Shown here: in pieces, positions 49,816-59,751 of the stretch
Numbering within the stretch: position 1 is the first letter of the stretch
How the letters are laid out: the number at the start of each line of letters is the position of its first letter
Assembly: GCA_965146675.1 (NCBI GenBank)
Contig: CBCTHM010000012.1
Span: 2,748 to 66,747 of the forward strand
DNA: 64,000 nucleotides
From: an uncultured Eubacteriales bacterium
GTDB lineage: Bacteria; Bacillota; Clostridia; Oscillospirales; Oscillospiraceae
Direction: 5' to 3'
Made by a program: the position numbers and the translations under genes
Notes under the pieces: generated by a model
Told to the model about the DNA's origin: nothing
Seen by the model: only the letters and a program-made list of their open reading frames with translations
Databases searched by the model: none

Positions 49816-50853
49816 TCACAGCTGCTCCACATACGAAAGCAGGGCTGGCAGCAGCTCAGAATAGGGCAGCCGTTGCTTTTGTTCCCCGCGGACGAACAAA
49901 ACGCCGCAGCCGTCGCCGCCTGCGATGCCTACATCCGCCTCCCGGGCCTCCCCGGGGCCGTTGACCACGCAGCCCATCACTGCAACGGTAATGGGCTTAT
50001 CACAGTCCCGTAGCGCCAGCTCCACCTGGTCGACCAAATGGATGAGGTCGATGTTGGTCCTGCCGCAGGTGGGGCACGAGATAATATTCACACCATCCTT
50101 CCGAACCCCAGCCGCCTGCAGAATCTGCTTGGCGGCATACACCTCCTCCACCGGGTCCGCGGTGAGGGACACCCGGATGGTATCCCCGATACCATCGAGC
50201 AGCAGCGCGCCGATTCCAATGGCGGATTTCACGATTCCCATGGAACGGTGCCCGGTTTCCGTGACGCCAATATGCAGAGGATAGTCGCACCGGCTGCGAA
50301 ACAGGCGGCACGCTGCCACCATAGTTGGTACGTGAGAGGACTTGATGGAGACGCAGGTGTCGTAAAATCCCCACTGCTCCAATCGCTCCAGGTGGCAAAT
50401 GGCACTCTCCACCAGAGCCTCCGCCGTGGGGCGACCGAATTGCTCCAGAAGGTCCTTTTCCAGACTGCCGCCGTTGATGCCAATGCGGATGGGGATCTCC
50501 CGGTCTCTGCAAGCCTCCACCACAGCCCGCACCCGGTCCGCCCCGCCGATATTGCCGGGGTTAATGCGGATTTTAGCCGCTCCACCCTCGGCGGCGGCAA
50601 TGGCCAGGCGGTAGTCAAAATGGATATCCGCCACCAGTGGCAGCGGCGACGAAGCCGCGATCTCCCGGAAGCACTCGGCGGCGGCCTGGTCCGGTACCGC
50701 CAGGCGGGCGATCTGACAACCGGCTTCCTGCAGGCGCCGGAGCTGCTCCAGGCAGCCCGGCACATCGGTGGTCTTGGTATTGAGCATGGACTGAATGGAA
50801 ACCGGCGCGCCGCCGCCAACGGGCACGCCGCCCACTAAAATTTGTTTTGTCAT
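49816..50853 (-). CDS. ispG: HMBPP synthase
   Basis: ADIHFD, RINPGNIG, HIGVTE, CPTCGR, MGCVVNGPGE. Confidence 0.96.
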   Translation of the reverse strand: MTKQILVGGVPVGGGAPVSIQSMLNTKTTDVPGCLEQLRRLQEAGCQIARLAVPDQAAAECFREIAASSPLPLVADIHFDYRLAIAAAEGGAAKIRINPGNIGGADRVRAVVEACRDREIPIRIGINGGSLEKDLLEQFGRPTAEALVESAICHLERLEQWGFYDTCVSIKSSHVPTMVAACRLFRSRCDYPLHIGVTETGHRSMGIVKSAIGIGALLLDGIGDTIRVSLTADPVEEVYAAKQILQAAGVRKDGVNIISCPTCGRTNIDLIHLVDQVELALRDCDKPITVAVMGCVVNGPGEAREADVGIAGGDGCGVLFVRGEQKQRLPYSELLPALLSYVEQL

Positions 50854-50861
50854 GCCAAACC

Positions 50862-51929
50862 TCACCGAATTATTTTAAAAACGTCCTGGAATGCCACGAA
50901 GGCCATAAACGCCAGGAGCACCACCATGCCCACCGCGTGGACGTAGCCCTCAATTTTGGGGTTCACCTTTTTCTTGGTTATCGCCTCAACGCCCGTGGTG
51001 ACCAGAAGGCAGAACACGCGCCCGCCGTCCAGCGCCGGAATGGGCAGCAAATTCATCACCGCCAGGTTTACGGCGATAAAGGCGGCCAGATACAAAACAT
51101 TGGTCACGCCGGCGCTGACACTGCCGGACTGATTTCCCGTATCAGCGATGACCTTCACGATCCCAATGGGACCGGAAAGATCCTGAATGCCCGCCCGCCC
51201 TGTAAAGAGCATTTGGAAGCTCAGGCGCACGTTCCGGACGAAATCCACGGAAGTGTTCCAGGAATAGGAGAGTATATTGCCCAGGTTCCGGTTTGCCTGC
51301 TGAAAATGCATACCGTACCGCAGTTCCTGGCCGGTCTCTGTGGGGAAGGCCTGTTTCTCCATGGAAAAATTTTTCAAAGCTACCTTTTCCCCGTCCCGGA
51401 TCACCACCAAATCATGGGTCGTCCCGCCGAACAGGTTCAGCAGCATACTGATATTTTCCGTGGTATAGACCCGCTCGCCGTCAATCTTGTAGATCCGGTC
51501 TCCCACCTGCAGGCCCTCCACGCCCTCAATGGTGTTGCCCGTATCAAAGCCGCTGATCACAGGCTGGGCAATGACGCTGCTGCCGGTAAAGCTAAAAATA
51601 CAAACCAAAATCAAAAGACCCGCCAGGAAGTTCATGGCAGAGCCCGCGATCAGGATGAGCAGCCGCTTCCACCACTTGGCCCGGGTGAAAGCTCTGGGGT
51701 CTCCGCTGTCCTCATCCTCCCCCTCCATGGCGCAGTAGCCGCCGATGGGGATGCAGCGGATGGCGTACAGGGTCTCCCCCTTCTGTTTCTTCCAGATGGC
51801 CGGCCCCATACAGATGGAGAACTCGTTCACCTTCACCCCAAAAGCCTTTGCAGTGATAAAGTGACCGAACTCATGGATGGTAATTAAAAAACCAAAAATT
51901 AGAATCGCAAAAACGATATACAAATTCAT
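50862..51929 (-). CDS. rseP: RIP metalloprotease RseP
   Basis: HEFGH, GGYCAM, PDZ domain, NLLPIPALDGG. Confidence 0.95.
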   Translation of the reverse strand: MNLYIVFAILIFGFLITIHEFGHFITAKAFGVKVNEFSICMGPAIWKKQKGETLYAIRCIPIGGYCAMEGEDEDSGDPRAFTRAKWWKRLLILIAGSAMNFLAGLLILVCIFSFTGSSVIAQPVISGFDTGNTIEGVEGLQVGDRIYKIDGERVYTTENISMLLNLFGGTTHDLVVIRDGEKVALKNFSMEKQAFPTETGQELRYGMHFQQANRNLGNILSYSWNTSVDFVRNVRLSFQMLFTGRAGIQDLSGPIGIVKVIADTGNQSGSVSAGVTNVLYLAAFIAVNLAVMNLLPIPALDGGRVFCLLVTTGVEAITKKKVNPKIEGYVHAVGMVVLLAFMAFVAFQDVFKIIR

Positions 51930-53080
51930 CAGCCTCGCATATTGGAATAGACCGCTTCCCGGGCCAGCCGGTCCGCGGATAGGATCTGCGCCAGGGTGGG
52001 CTCTGCAACGAAGGGCACGGTCTCCAATGCCTTCTTCACCAGAGCCGGGATATCATAGAACCCAATTTGATCCAATAAATACAATCCTACCGCCACCTCG
52101 TTGGCGCCGCTGAGCACTGCGCCGGCGGTTCCGCCGGCTTTGGCCGCCTCCATGGCCAGCCCCAGGCAGGGAAACGCCTCCAGATCCGGCTGCTCAAAGC
52201 TCAGAGAGCCGCAGCGCAGCAGATCCAGGTCCGGCGCCGGGCTGGGCGCCCGATCCGGCCAGGTCAGAGCCAACTGAATGGGAATGCGCATGTCCGGCAC
52301 GCCCAGCTGGGCCAGTACGGCCCCGTCTACAAATTCCACCAGCGAGTGGACGATGCTCTGCCGGTGGACCAAAATCTGCACCTGGTCCGGAGCCATGCGG
52401 TACAAATGCATGGCCTCCAAGAGTTCCAAGCCTTTGTTCATCAACGTGGCGCAGTCTATGGTGATCTTCGCGCCCATGCTCCAGTTTGGATGGTGCAGGG
52501 CATCGGCACGGGTGACATAAGTGAGCTCCCGCCGGCTCCTGCCGAAAAAGGGCCCGCCGGAACAGGTCAGAAGCAGCCGTCTGACCTGGCTCCGATCCCG
52601 GCAGCCTGCCAGGCACTGGAAGATGGCCGAATGCTCTGAATCCACGGGGATCACTTCCGCCCCATACCGTTTTGCCGCATCCATAACCAGCCTGCCGGCA
52701 CAAACCAACGTCTCCTTGTTGGCAAGGCCGATGCGTTTTCCCGCCTGAATGGCCGCCAGCGTAGGTTCCAGGCCCACCATCCCCACCACGGCTGTGACCA
52801 CCGTATCTGCCTCCGGCAGGGTCGCCGCGGCCTGCAGCCCGGACTTTCCAAACAGCACCTTTGTAGGCAGATGAGAAATCTCAGTCTGCAGGGCCTGCGC
52901 CAACTCCTGTGTGGCCATGACCGCCAACTTGGGCCGGAACTGCCGGCACTGTTCCGCCATTCGTTCCACATTGGAGCCCGCCGTGAGGGCCAAAACAGGG
53001 AGCCCCAGATGCCGGGCCACATCCAGAGTTTGGCGGCCGATGGAGCCTGTGGAGCCCAAAACCGCAAGTTTCCGCTCCAT
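51929..53080 (-). CDS. dxr: DXP reductoisomerase
   Basis: LGSTGSIG, LANKE, PVDSEHSA, HPNWSMG, NKGLE. Confidence 0.97.
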   Translation of the reverse strand: MERKLAVLGSTGSIGRQTLDVARHLGLPVLALTAGSNVERMAEQCRQFRPKLAVMATQELAQALQTEISHLPTKVLFGKSGLQAAATLPEADTVVTAVVGMVGLEPTLAAIQAGKRIGLANKETLVCAGRLVMDAAKRYGAEVIPVDSEHSAIFQCLAGCRDRSQVRRLLLTCSGGPFFGRSRRELTYVTRADALHHPNWSMGAKITIDCATLMNKGLELLEAMHLYRMAPDQVQILVHRQSIVHSLVEFVDGAVLAQLGVPDMRIPIQLALTWPDRAPSPAPDLDLLRCGSLSFEQPDLEAFPCLGLAMEAAKAGGTAGAVLSGANEVAVGLYLLDQIGFYDIPALVKKALETVPFVAEPTLAQILSADRLAREAVYSNMRG

Positions 53081-53081
53081 A

Positions 53082-53936
53082 TCAGCCAATGCCTACCACC
53101 GGGATGGCAATGGTCAGCATCCGCAGCAGCACCTCCGTCAGAGGCGCCACCAGCAGCATGCTGTCAAACCGATCCAGGATTCCGCCATGGCCGGGGATTA
53201 AATCCCCATAATCCTTGATGCCAAGCTGCCGTTTGATGGCGGAAAACCCCAGGTCGCCCAGGATGGATGCCCCGGCGCCCAGAACGCCATACAAGATGCC
53301 ATACCAATAGATTACGTCAAAGCCGAAAGCCTTATCCAAAATCAGGCCATAAAGCTCCATAAACGCCACGGCGCACAGCACGCCGCCAACGGCGCCCTCC
53401 ACGGTTTTATTGGGGCTGACCACGGGGGCCAGCTTATGTTTCCCCAGCGCGCGACCCACAAAGTAGGCGCCGGAATCGGCGGTAAACGCCAGGACAAAAG
53501 CGATGAGGATGTAATACTTGCCCAAATCGTTCTGACCGGGGTCCGCACCGGCATACATGGCCCGGATGCGAACTAGGGCGGTTAACAAAAACGGGAGCAG
53601 CACGCCCGCCGCCAAACAAAGGCAAATTTTTTCCAGGCGCAAATGCGTGCGGGCCGCCAACATCTCCCCCAGCAACACGCAGAAATAGACCAATACGCCG
53701 ATGAGCGCCAAATTGGGATTTTGCCGCAGGCTCCAGAAGGAGACCAGCACCGCCATGACCATGGCGTAAATCACCAGACGCAGGTTTTTCACCAGCCCGG
53801 TGCGGTACAGCAGCTCATAAGCTGCCATAGCCCCGGCGGCGCCGAAGAGCACCGCCGTCGCCCAAGCCGGCAGCACCAGCACCACCACCAGCAACAGCGG
53901 CAGCAGCACCGCCGCGGAAATCACTCTGGTTTTCAT
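53082..53936 (-). CDS. cdsA: Phosphatidate cytidylyltransferase
   Basis: SPNKTVEG, KDYG..IPGHGGILDRFDS. Confidence 0.95.
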   Translation of the reverse strand: MKTRVISAAVLLPLLLVVVLVLPAWATAVLFGAAGAMAAYELLYRTGLVKNLRLVIYAMVMAVLVSFWSLRQNPNLALIGVLVYFCVLLGEMLAARTHLRLEKICLCLAAGVLLPFLLTALVRIRAMYAGADPGQNDLGKYYILIAFVLAFTADSGAYFVGRALGKHKLAPVVSPNKTVEGAVGGVLCAVAFMELYGLILDKAFGFDVIYWYGILYGVLGAGASILGDLGFSAIKRQLGIKDYGDLIPGHGGILDRFDSMLLVAPLTEVLLRMLTIAIPVVGIG

Positions 53937-54671
53937 CTATTTGACACCTCCAAACCGGCGGGAACGCCGGTTATACTGCGCGATAGCCTCCTCCAAATCT
54001 CTAGGCCCGAAATCCGGCCAGAGCACATCCAAAAACACATATTCTGAATAGGCCGACTGCCACAGCAGAAAATTACTGGTTCTCTTCTCCCCAGAGGGCC
54101 GGATGACGAGCTCCGGATCCGGAATCCCCGCGGAGTACAGATAACTGGAAAGCAGCGCCTCATCCAACTCCTCCGGCTTCCTTTTCCCGCAGGCCACATC
54201 CTCCGCAAACCGCCGGGCCGCGGCCACAATTTCATCCCGGCCCCCGTAATTCAGGCAGAAATTGACCTGCACGTCGTGGTAGGAGGAAGATCGTGCCTGG
54301 GCGTCCCGGCATAGCTGCTGAAGGCTCGGGCTCAGGCGGGTCAAATCCCCGAAAAACACGAAGCGTACATGGTTCTTTTCCATATCTCGGAGCGCCTCCT
54401 CCAGGTAGGCCTGCAGCAGCCGCATGATACCGGCGATTTCCTCCTGAGACCGCTTCCAGTTTTCCGTTGAAAACGCATAAACGGTCAAATAGCGAACGCC
54501 GATTTTCCGGCAGTAATTGGCAATGCGCCGAAAGGTCTCCGCGCCGGCGGCGTGGCCGGCGGTCCGAGGCAGCGCCCGCCGCTTGGCCCAGCGGCCGTTG
54601 CCATCCATAATAATCGCGATGTGCTGCGGCACAACACGACCTTTGGTTTCTTTTTTGAACAATCGTGCCAT
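53937..54671 (-). CDS. uppS: Undecaprenyl diphosphate synthase
   Basis: IIMDGNGRWA, YAFSTENWKR, NYGGRDE, IRPSGE. Confidence 0.96.
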   Translation of the reverse strand: MARLFKKETKGRVVPQHIAIIMDGNGRWAKRRALPRTAGHAAGAETFRRIANYCRKIGVRYLTVYAFSTENWKRSQEEIAGIMRLLQAYLEEALRDMEKNHVRFVFFGDLTRLSPSLQQLCRDAQARSSSYHDVQVNFCLNYGGRDEIVAAARRFAEDVACGKRKPEELDEALLSSYLYSAGIPDPELVIRPSGEKRTSNFLLWQSAYSEYVFLDVLWPDFGPRDLEEAIAQYNRRSRRFGGVK

Positions 54672-54836
54672 AACATCCCCAGGATTTCCGCGAACTGGTC
54701 CAAGCCGGCCCGTTCGCTGACATTATCATAGGGGCGCTTCCGCGCCCCTATGTAGCTCTCCTGCCGGCGCGAAACCGCGGTTGCAAGCAAGTCCCGCTGG
54801 AGCGGTAGCTCTCTATTTCCAGCGCCTGCGCCAGCT

Positions 54837-55391
54837 TTAAATGGCCATGAGTTCCTTTTCCTTCGCGGCGCAGGCCTCATCCACCTTTTTGATGTACTGG
54901 TCCGTGAGCTCCTGCAGGTCTTTTTCCGCCTTCTTCTGCTCGTCCTCCGTGATCTCAGACTTTTTTTTCGCCGCCTTCACATAGTCCATAGCTTCCCGAC
55001 GCACATTCCGCAGGGCCACCTTTGCGTCCTCGGCATACCGGCGGACCTGCTTTGTCAGGTCCTTCCGGCGCTCCTCCGTCAGCTGCGGGAACACCAGCCG
55101 AATCACCCGACCGTCGTTTTGCGGATTGATTCCCAGATCGGAGGCTTGAATGGCCTTTTGCACTTCTTTCAGCAGCTTCGCGTCCCAGGGCTGAATCACC
55201 AGGGTGCGGGGGTCCGGAGAAGAGATGGTGCCCACCTGTCCAACGGGGGTGTCCACTCCATAATATTCCACGGTAATCCGGTCCAGAACCTTAGCATTGG
55301 CCCGGCCAGCCCGGACCGCGCCGAAATTGTCCTGCAATACGTCTAGAGTCTTGTCCATCTTGCGGGAATATTCCTTGAAGTCTACGCTCAT
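54837..55391 (-). CDS. frr: Ribosome recycling factor
   Basis: RAGRAN, LGINPQNDG, LTEERRKDL. Confidence 0.96.
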   Translation of the reverse strand: MSVDFKEYSRKMDKTLDVLQDNFGAVRAGRANAKVLDRITVEYYGVDTPVGQVGTISSPDPRTLVIQPWDAKLLKEVQKAIQASDLGINPQNDGRVIRLVFPQLTEERRKDLTKQVRRYAEDAKVALRNVRREAMDYVKAAKKKSEITEDEQKKAEKDLQELTDQYIKKVDEACAAKEKELMAI

Positions 55392-55394
55392 GGT

Positions 55395-56114
55395 TTAATC
55401 CTCCTTTACAATTGTTCCGATTTTCTCACCCCGGACCACGCGCAGGATATTTTCCGGGTCCTGCAGGGCAAAAACCACCAGGGGCATATGATTTTCCATG
55501 GCCAGGGCCATGGCTGTGGTATCCGTGGCCTGCAGATGCCGGGCCAGGGCCATGTCGTAACTCAGCGTGTCATACCGGACCGCTGCCGGGTCCTTCTGGG
55601 GATCGGCGGAATACACCCCGTCCACATTCTTCGCCAGCAAAACCGCGTCCGCCCCAATTTCCACGCCCCGAAGCACCGCGCCAGTGTCTGTGGAAAAGTA
55701 GGGGTTTCCCGTGCCGCAGCCAAAAATCACCACCCGGCCAGCCTCCAGATGCCGTACCGCCTCGTCCCGGACAAAAGGCTCGGCAAATCGGCGCATCTCC
55801 ACCGCAGTTTGGACCCGGGCTTCCACGCCCTGCTTTTCCAACACATCGCACAGGGCCAGGCAGTTCAGCACCGTAGCCAGCATGCCCATGGCGTCGGCCC
55901 GGCTGCGCTGCATCCGCCCGCCTCCGTCTTTGACGCCGCGCCAGAAGTTGCCGGCCCCCACCACAACGCCCACCTGCACGCCAAGCTCCACGCATCGCTT
56001 GATGGCAGCACAGACATCATCCAGGAGGTCGAAGTCCAGACCCCGGTGCAGGGTGCCGGCCAGGGCCTCTCCGCTTAGCTTTAATAGGATTCTCCGATAC
56101 CGCGCTTGAGGCAT
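55395..56114 (-). CDS. pyrH: UMP kinase
   Basis: RILLKLSGEAL, GAGNFWRG, ADAMGMLAT, GNPYFSTD. Confidence 0.96.
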   Translation of the reverse strand: MPQARYRRILLKLSGEALAGTLHRGLDFDLLDDVCAAIKRCVELGVQVGVVVGAGNFWRGVKDGGGRMQRSRADAMGMLATVLNCLALCDVLEKQGVEARVQTAVEMRRFAEPFVRDEAVRHLEAGRVVIFGCGTGNPYFSTDTGAVLRGVEIGADAVLLAKNVDGVYSADPQKDPAAVRYDTLSYDMALARHLQATDTTAMALAMENHMPLVVFALQDPENILRVVRGEKIGTIVKED

Positions 56115-56419
56115 TGGAATCCACTCCTTTCCCGCTGGCATTTTCTGGAGAGTTTCGTTTCCTTATCCTCCCCTATTCTATAATAACTCAGACCGATTGA
56201 CAACTGCATTTTTCCTTTTTCCCAAATTGTTTTTCGTTTTTTCACATTTGTAGCCGAAAAAAACAGGAGCCGCCGCCAGGAAAATTTCCTCTTTTGGTGA
56301 AAAACAACACAGGAAACCCAGAGAAATCCCCAATTTCTGGCGGCATGGGCGGTTGATAAAATGGACAAAATGCTTTATAATGCAAAGCAGTGCAAAATGA
56401 GACAGAGAGGATGTTTTAT

Positions 56420-58093
56420 ATGCCGGAAGCCGCGGAGACCAAAAACTTTATTCACACCTTCATTGAGGAGGATATTGCCCCCGGCGGTTCCTATGCAGGC
56501 ATGACCGTCCACACCCGGTTTCCGCCGGAGCCCAATGGCTATCTGCATATCGGGCACTGCAAGGCCCTGATCATCGACTTCGGCACAGCGGAGCAGTTCG
56601 GCGGCATCTGCAACCTGCGGATGGACGACACCAACCCTGCCAAGGAGGATACGGAATACGTCGATGCCATTCAGGAGGATATCCATTGGCTTGGCTTCGA
56701 CTGGGGGGACCGGTTTTACTATGGCTCGGATTATTTTGAAAAGACCTGTGAATACGCCGAGGAGCTGATTCAAAAGGGCCTGGCCTACGTTTGCGAGCTG
56801 ACGCCGGAGCAGTTTAAAGAATGTCGGGGCGATCTGACCCATCCCGCCGTCTCCCCCTACCGGGACCGGCCCGCCGCGGAGAGCTTAAATTTGTTCCGGC
56901 GTATGCGCGCCGGGGAATTCCCCGAGGGGAAGTACACCCTCCGGGCAAAAATCGACCTGGCCAGCGGCAACTTCAACATGCGGGATCCCGTACTCTATCG
57001 CATTCGCTACATTGAGCATCACCGGCAGGGGACCAAGTGGTGCATCTTCCCCATGTACGACTTTGCCCATCCCATTCAGGACGCGCTGGAGGGGATTACC
57101 CACAGCCTGTGTTCACTGGAATATGAAAATCACCGACCCCTGTACAACTGGGTGGTGGAGCACGTTTCCGTTCCCAGCCGCCCCCGGCAAATCGAATTCG
57201 CCCGCCTGGGCATCAATTACACGGTGCTTTCCAAGCGGAAACTCCGCCAGCTGGTGGAGGAGGGCTATGTAGCGGGCTGGGACGACCCCCGGATGCCCAC
57301 TCTGTGCGGACTGCGCCGGCGGGGCTACACGCCCCGGGCAATCCGCGCCTTCTGCGAACGTATCGGCGTGGCCAAAACGCCCAATGTGGTGGAATACGAC
57401 TTCCTGGAGCACTGCCTCCGGGAGGACCTGAATGAAACTGCCACCCGGGTGATGGCGGTGCTGAATCCGGTCAGATTAACTGTGACCAATTATCCGGAGG
57501 GAAAGACGGAGATCTTTCAGGTGGAGAACAACCCTACCGATCCCGCCGCCGGCACCCGCCCAGTCTCCTTCTCCCGGCATCTGTGGATTGAGCGGGATGA
57601 TTTCATGGAAGAGAAAGTGGGCAAATTTTTCCGGCTCTTCCCGGACAACGAGGTCCGGCTCAAGGGCGCGTATGTGGTCAAATGCACTGGCTGTATAAAG
57701 GATGCGCAGGGCAATGTCACGGAAGTTCTGTGCACCTATGACCAGGATTCCTGGGGCGGCAACCCCGCCGACGGCAGGAAGGTCAAGAGCACCATGCATT
57801 GGGTGGACGCGGAGAACTGTTCCGACGCCGAGGTTCGGCTGTACGACAACCTGTTCTCCGATCCAAACCCGGACGCCGCAGGAAAGGATTTTATTGCCTG
57901 TCTGAATCCCCGATCCTTAGAGATTCGCCAGGGCTGCAAGGTAGAGGCGGCCCTGGCCGGCGCCAAAGGCAGCGACCGATACCAATTCCTGCGGCAGGGA
58001 TACTTCTGCGCCGACAGCCAGGACTCTGCCCCGGAGCATCTGGTATTCAACCGGGCCGTCAGCCTGAAGGACAGCTACAAGCCCGCCAAATAA
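56420..58093 (+). CDS. glnS: Glutaminyl-tRNA synthetase
   Basis: TRFPPEPNGYLHIGH, DDTNP, PMYDFAH, VLSKRKL, C-terminal beta-barrel with QFLRQGYF. Confidence 0.95.
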   Translation: MPEAAETKNFIHTFIEEDIAPGGSYAGMTVHTRFPPEPNGYLHIGHCKALIIDFGTAEQFGGICNLRMDDTNPAKEDTEYVDAIQEDIHWLGFDWGDRFYYGSDYFEKTCEYAEELIQKGLAYVCELTPEQFKECRGDLTHPAVSPYRDRPAAESLNLFRRMRAGEFPEGKYTLRAKIDLASGNFNMRDPVLYRIRYIEHHRQGTKWCIFPMYDFAHPIQDALEGITHSLCSLEYENHRPLYNWVVEHVSVPSRPRQIEFARLGINYTVLSKRKLRQLVEEGYVAGWDDPRMPTLCGLRRRGYTPRAIRAFCERIGVAKTPNVVEYDFLEHCLREDLNETATRVMAVLNPVRLTVTNYPEGKTEIFQVENNPTDPAAGTRPVSFSRHLWIERDDFMEEKVGKFFRLFPDNEVRLKGAYVVKCTGCIKDAQGNVTEVLCTYDQDSWGGNPADGRKVKSTMHWVDAENCSDAEVRLYDNLFSDPNPDAAGKDFIACLNPRSLEIRQGCKVEAALAGAKGSDRYQFLRQGYFCADSQDSAPEHLVFNRAVSLKDSYKPAK

Positions 58094-58114
58094 GCCCCCG
58101 CGCTGCAGAAAAAA

Positions 58115-58174
58115 GATTTTATTTTGTTCGCCGCCTTCGGGCGGCGAACTCCTCAAAACTTTTTTGACAGGCTG
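58115..58174 (-). mobile_element. Partial third copy of the TIR element (left end, inverted)
   Basis: The reverse complement cagcctgtcaaaaaagttttgaggagttcgccgcccgaaggcggcgaa matches the start of 14097. Confidence 0.65.
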
Positions 58175-58175
58175 C

Positions 58176-58208
58176 GCGCCGCAGGATGTTTCTCCTGCGG
58201 CGCTTTTT
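58176..58208 (+). terminator. glnS terminator
   Basis: gcgccgcagga/tcctgcggcgc followed by TTTTT. Confidence 0.75.
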
Positions 58209-58356
58209 GGGACTACGGCAGATTGCAGCGGCATAAGACGGCCTGTCCAAACCGTGCGGCATGGCCGTATTTGCACGGCTTGTATAAAAAAACGATTGCA
58301 ATTTCTGTTTCCATTGTCTATAATATATCAAATAACTGTAGAAATGAGGTGTTACG

Positions 58357-58989
58357 ATGAGTGCGGACAAGAAAGAGGTTGCCGCTTATTTTGACCGTCT
58401 GTCGGAGGACTGGGACGAGTCCTTGGTACACGATGACGCTGTCATTGAAAAGATTTTAAATTTTGCTGATATCCGGCCCGGGGTTCACGTCTTGGACGTG
58501 GCCTGCGGCACCGGCGTCTTATTTCAAGACTATTTAGATCGGGGGGTCTCCAGTATTACGGGAGTAGACCTATCCTCCGGTATGATCGCACAGGCGCAGA
58601 AAAAATTTCAGCAGCCCAACGTTCATCTGGTTCGGGCCGACATTCAGGCCTGCCGGTTTGACGCGCCCTTTGACCGCTGCATGATTTACAACGCGCTGCC
58701 CCACTTTGAGGATCCCGCCATGCTCCTGCGGCGTTTGGCCGGGTTCCTGGTACCCGGTGGACGGCTTACGGTGGCCCACAGCATGAGCCGAGAGCAAATT
58801 GACGCGCATCACCAAAATCACGCCCAGACCCATTCCAAACAACTACCGGAGGCAGAGCTCTTGGCTCAGGAGATGCGCCCTTGGTTCGACGTGGACGTCA
58901 TGGTTTCGGATAATGAAAAATACGTGGTTTCCGGCGTCCGGAACACGGCATCCTCCGCGCCAATGGTCTCCGAAGATGACCAGAAATAA
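58357..58989 (+). CDS. Class I SAM-dependent methyltransferase
   Basis: VLDVACGTG, GVDLSSGMI, LVPGG. Confidence 0.9.
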   Translation: MSADKKEVAAYFDRLSEDWDESLVHDDAVIEKILNFADIRPGVHVLDVACGTGVLFQDYLDRGVSSITGVDLSSGMIAQAQKKFQQPNVHLVRADIQACRFDAPFDRCMIYNALPHFEDPAMLLRRLAGFLVPGGRLTVAHSMSREQIDAHHQNHAQTHSKQLPEAELLAQEMRPWFDVDVMVSDNEKYVVSGVRNTASSAPMVSEDDQK

Positions 58990-59003
58990 CATGAAAGCAG
59001 ATT

Positions 59004-59048
59004 GGGAAAGTATTAGGTTGTGGTTCTCATCACAACCTAATGCTTTCC
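59004..59048 (+). terminator. Long hairpin after the methyltransferase gene
   Basis: ggaaagtattaggttgtg/cacaacctaatgctttcc. Confidence 0.6.
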
Positions 59049-59432
59049 TTTAATTGTTAGCTTGGCATCCATGCATCTAAGTGATATAGTTTTTCGGGAA
59101 TGATTATACGAAAAATAAATCAGGAATATGAGAGGATAAGAATGAACAGCATTAAAAAGCGGCCACAATCATACTGATCGTTACAAAAATTATTTGCAAC
59201 GGAAACTAATTTAGAATTAAACTGGAAATTTGTGTGGCCTCATGGCCGTATAAATTTTTGTCTGCAATTTTTGAGGGGCGGTAGCCCCTACGGTTGCGAT
59301 TACAAGCGTAACACGGATTCCCAAATTGTTGCGGTACGATTGCTGGCACTGCTTTTATTCTCCTCCCGTTCAAAGTCAGCTACCCGTACGTCTCAGGCTT
59401 CTGACCGCGATCCGGCATCTGCACTTCGTCCG

Positions 59433-59660
59433 CGGGCGAGCACAGCTCGCCCCTACGGGTATATCTGTCGGTAGTGCCTCGTAGGGATTGCCCCGACCGC
59501 CCGTACAGGAACCTGTCGGTAGCGCTTCGCAGGGGCGGCCTTCGGCTGCCCGCCGATACCCTGTCGGGAACGACCTTCGGTCGTTCCGCGGGCGAGCGCA
59601 GCTCGCCCCTACGGGATTTCCAGCAACGATGCGCTGTAGGGGCGTTGTAGAGGGCGCCGG
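59433..59660. repeat. GTAG-type REP cluster (5-6 units)
   Basis: Two cgggcgagcRcagctcgcccctac units, ggaacgaccttcggtcgttcc and gtaggggcg. Confidence 0.8.
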
Positions 59661-59751
59661 TTAGCCGCACGGCGGCATTCAAATATCCCCATCGAAACGC
59701 CCCCGGCTCTGCAGCCGGGGGCTCCTTTGCTATTTAGGCCTGTGTGCCCGC

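Noticed and set aside
56270..56400. Possible T-box leader for glnS
   Set aside because: No GGTGGNACC motif, and a sigma-A-like promoter sits only ~40 bp before the start.
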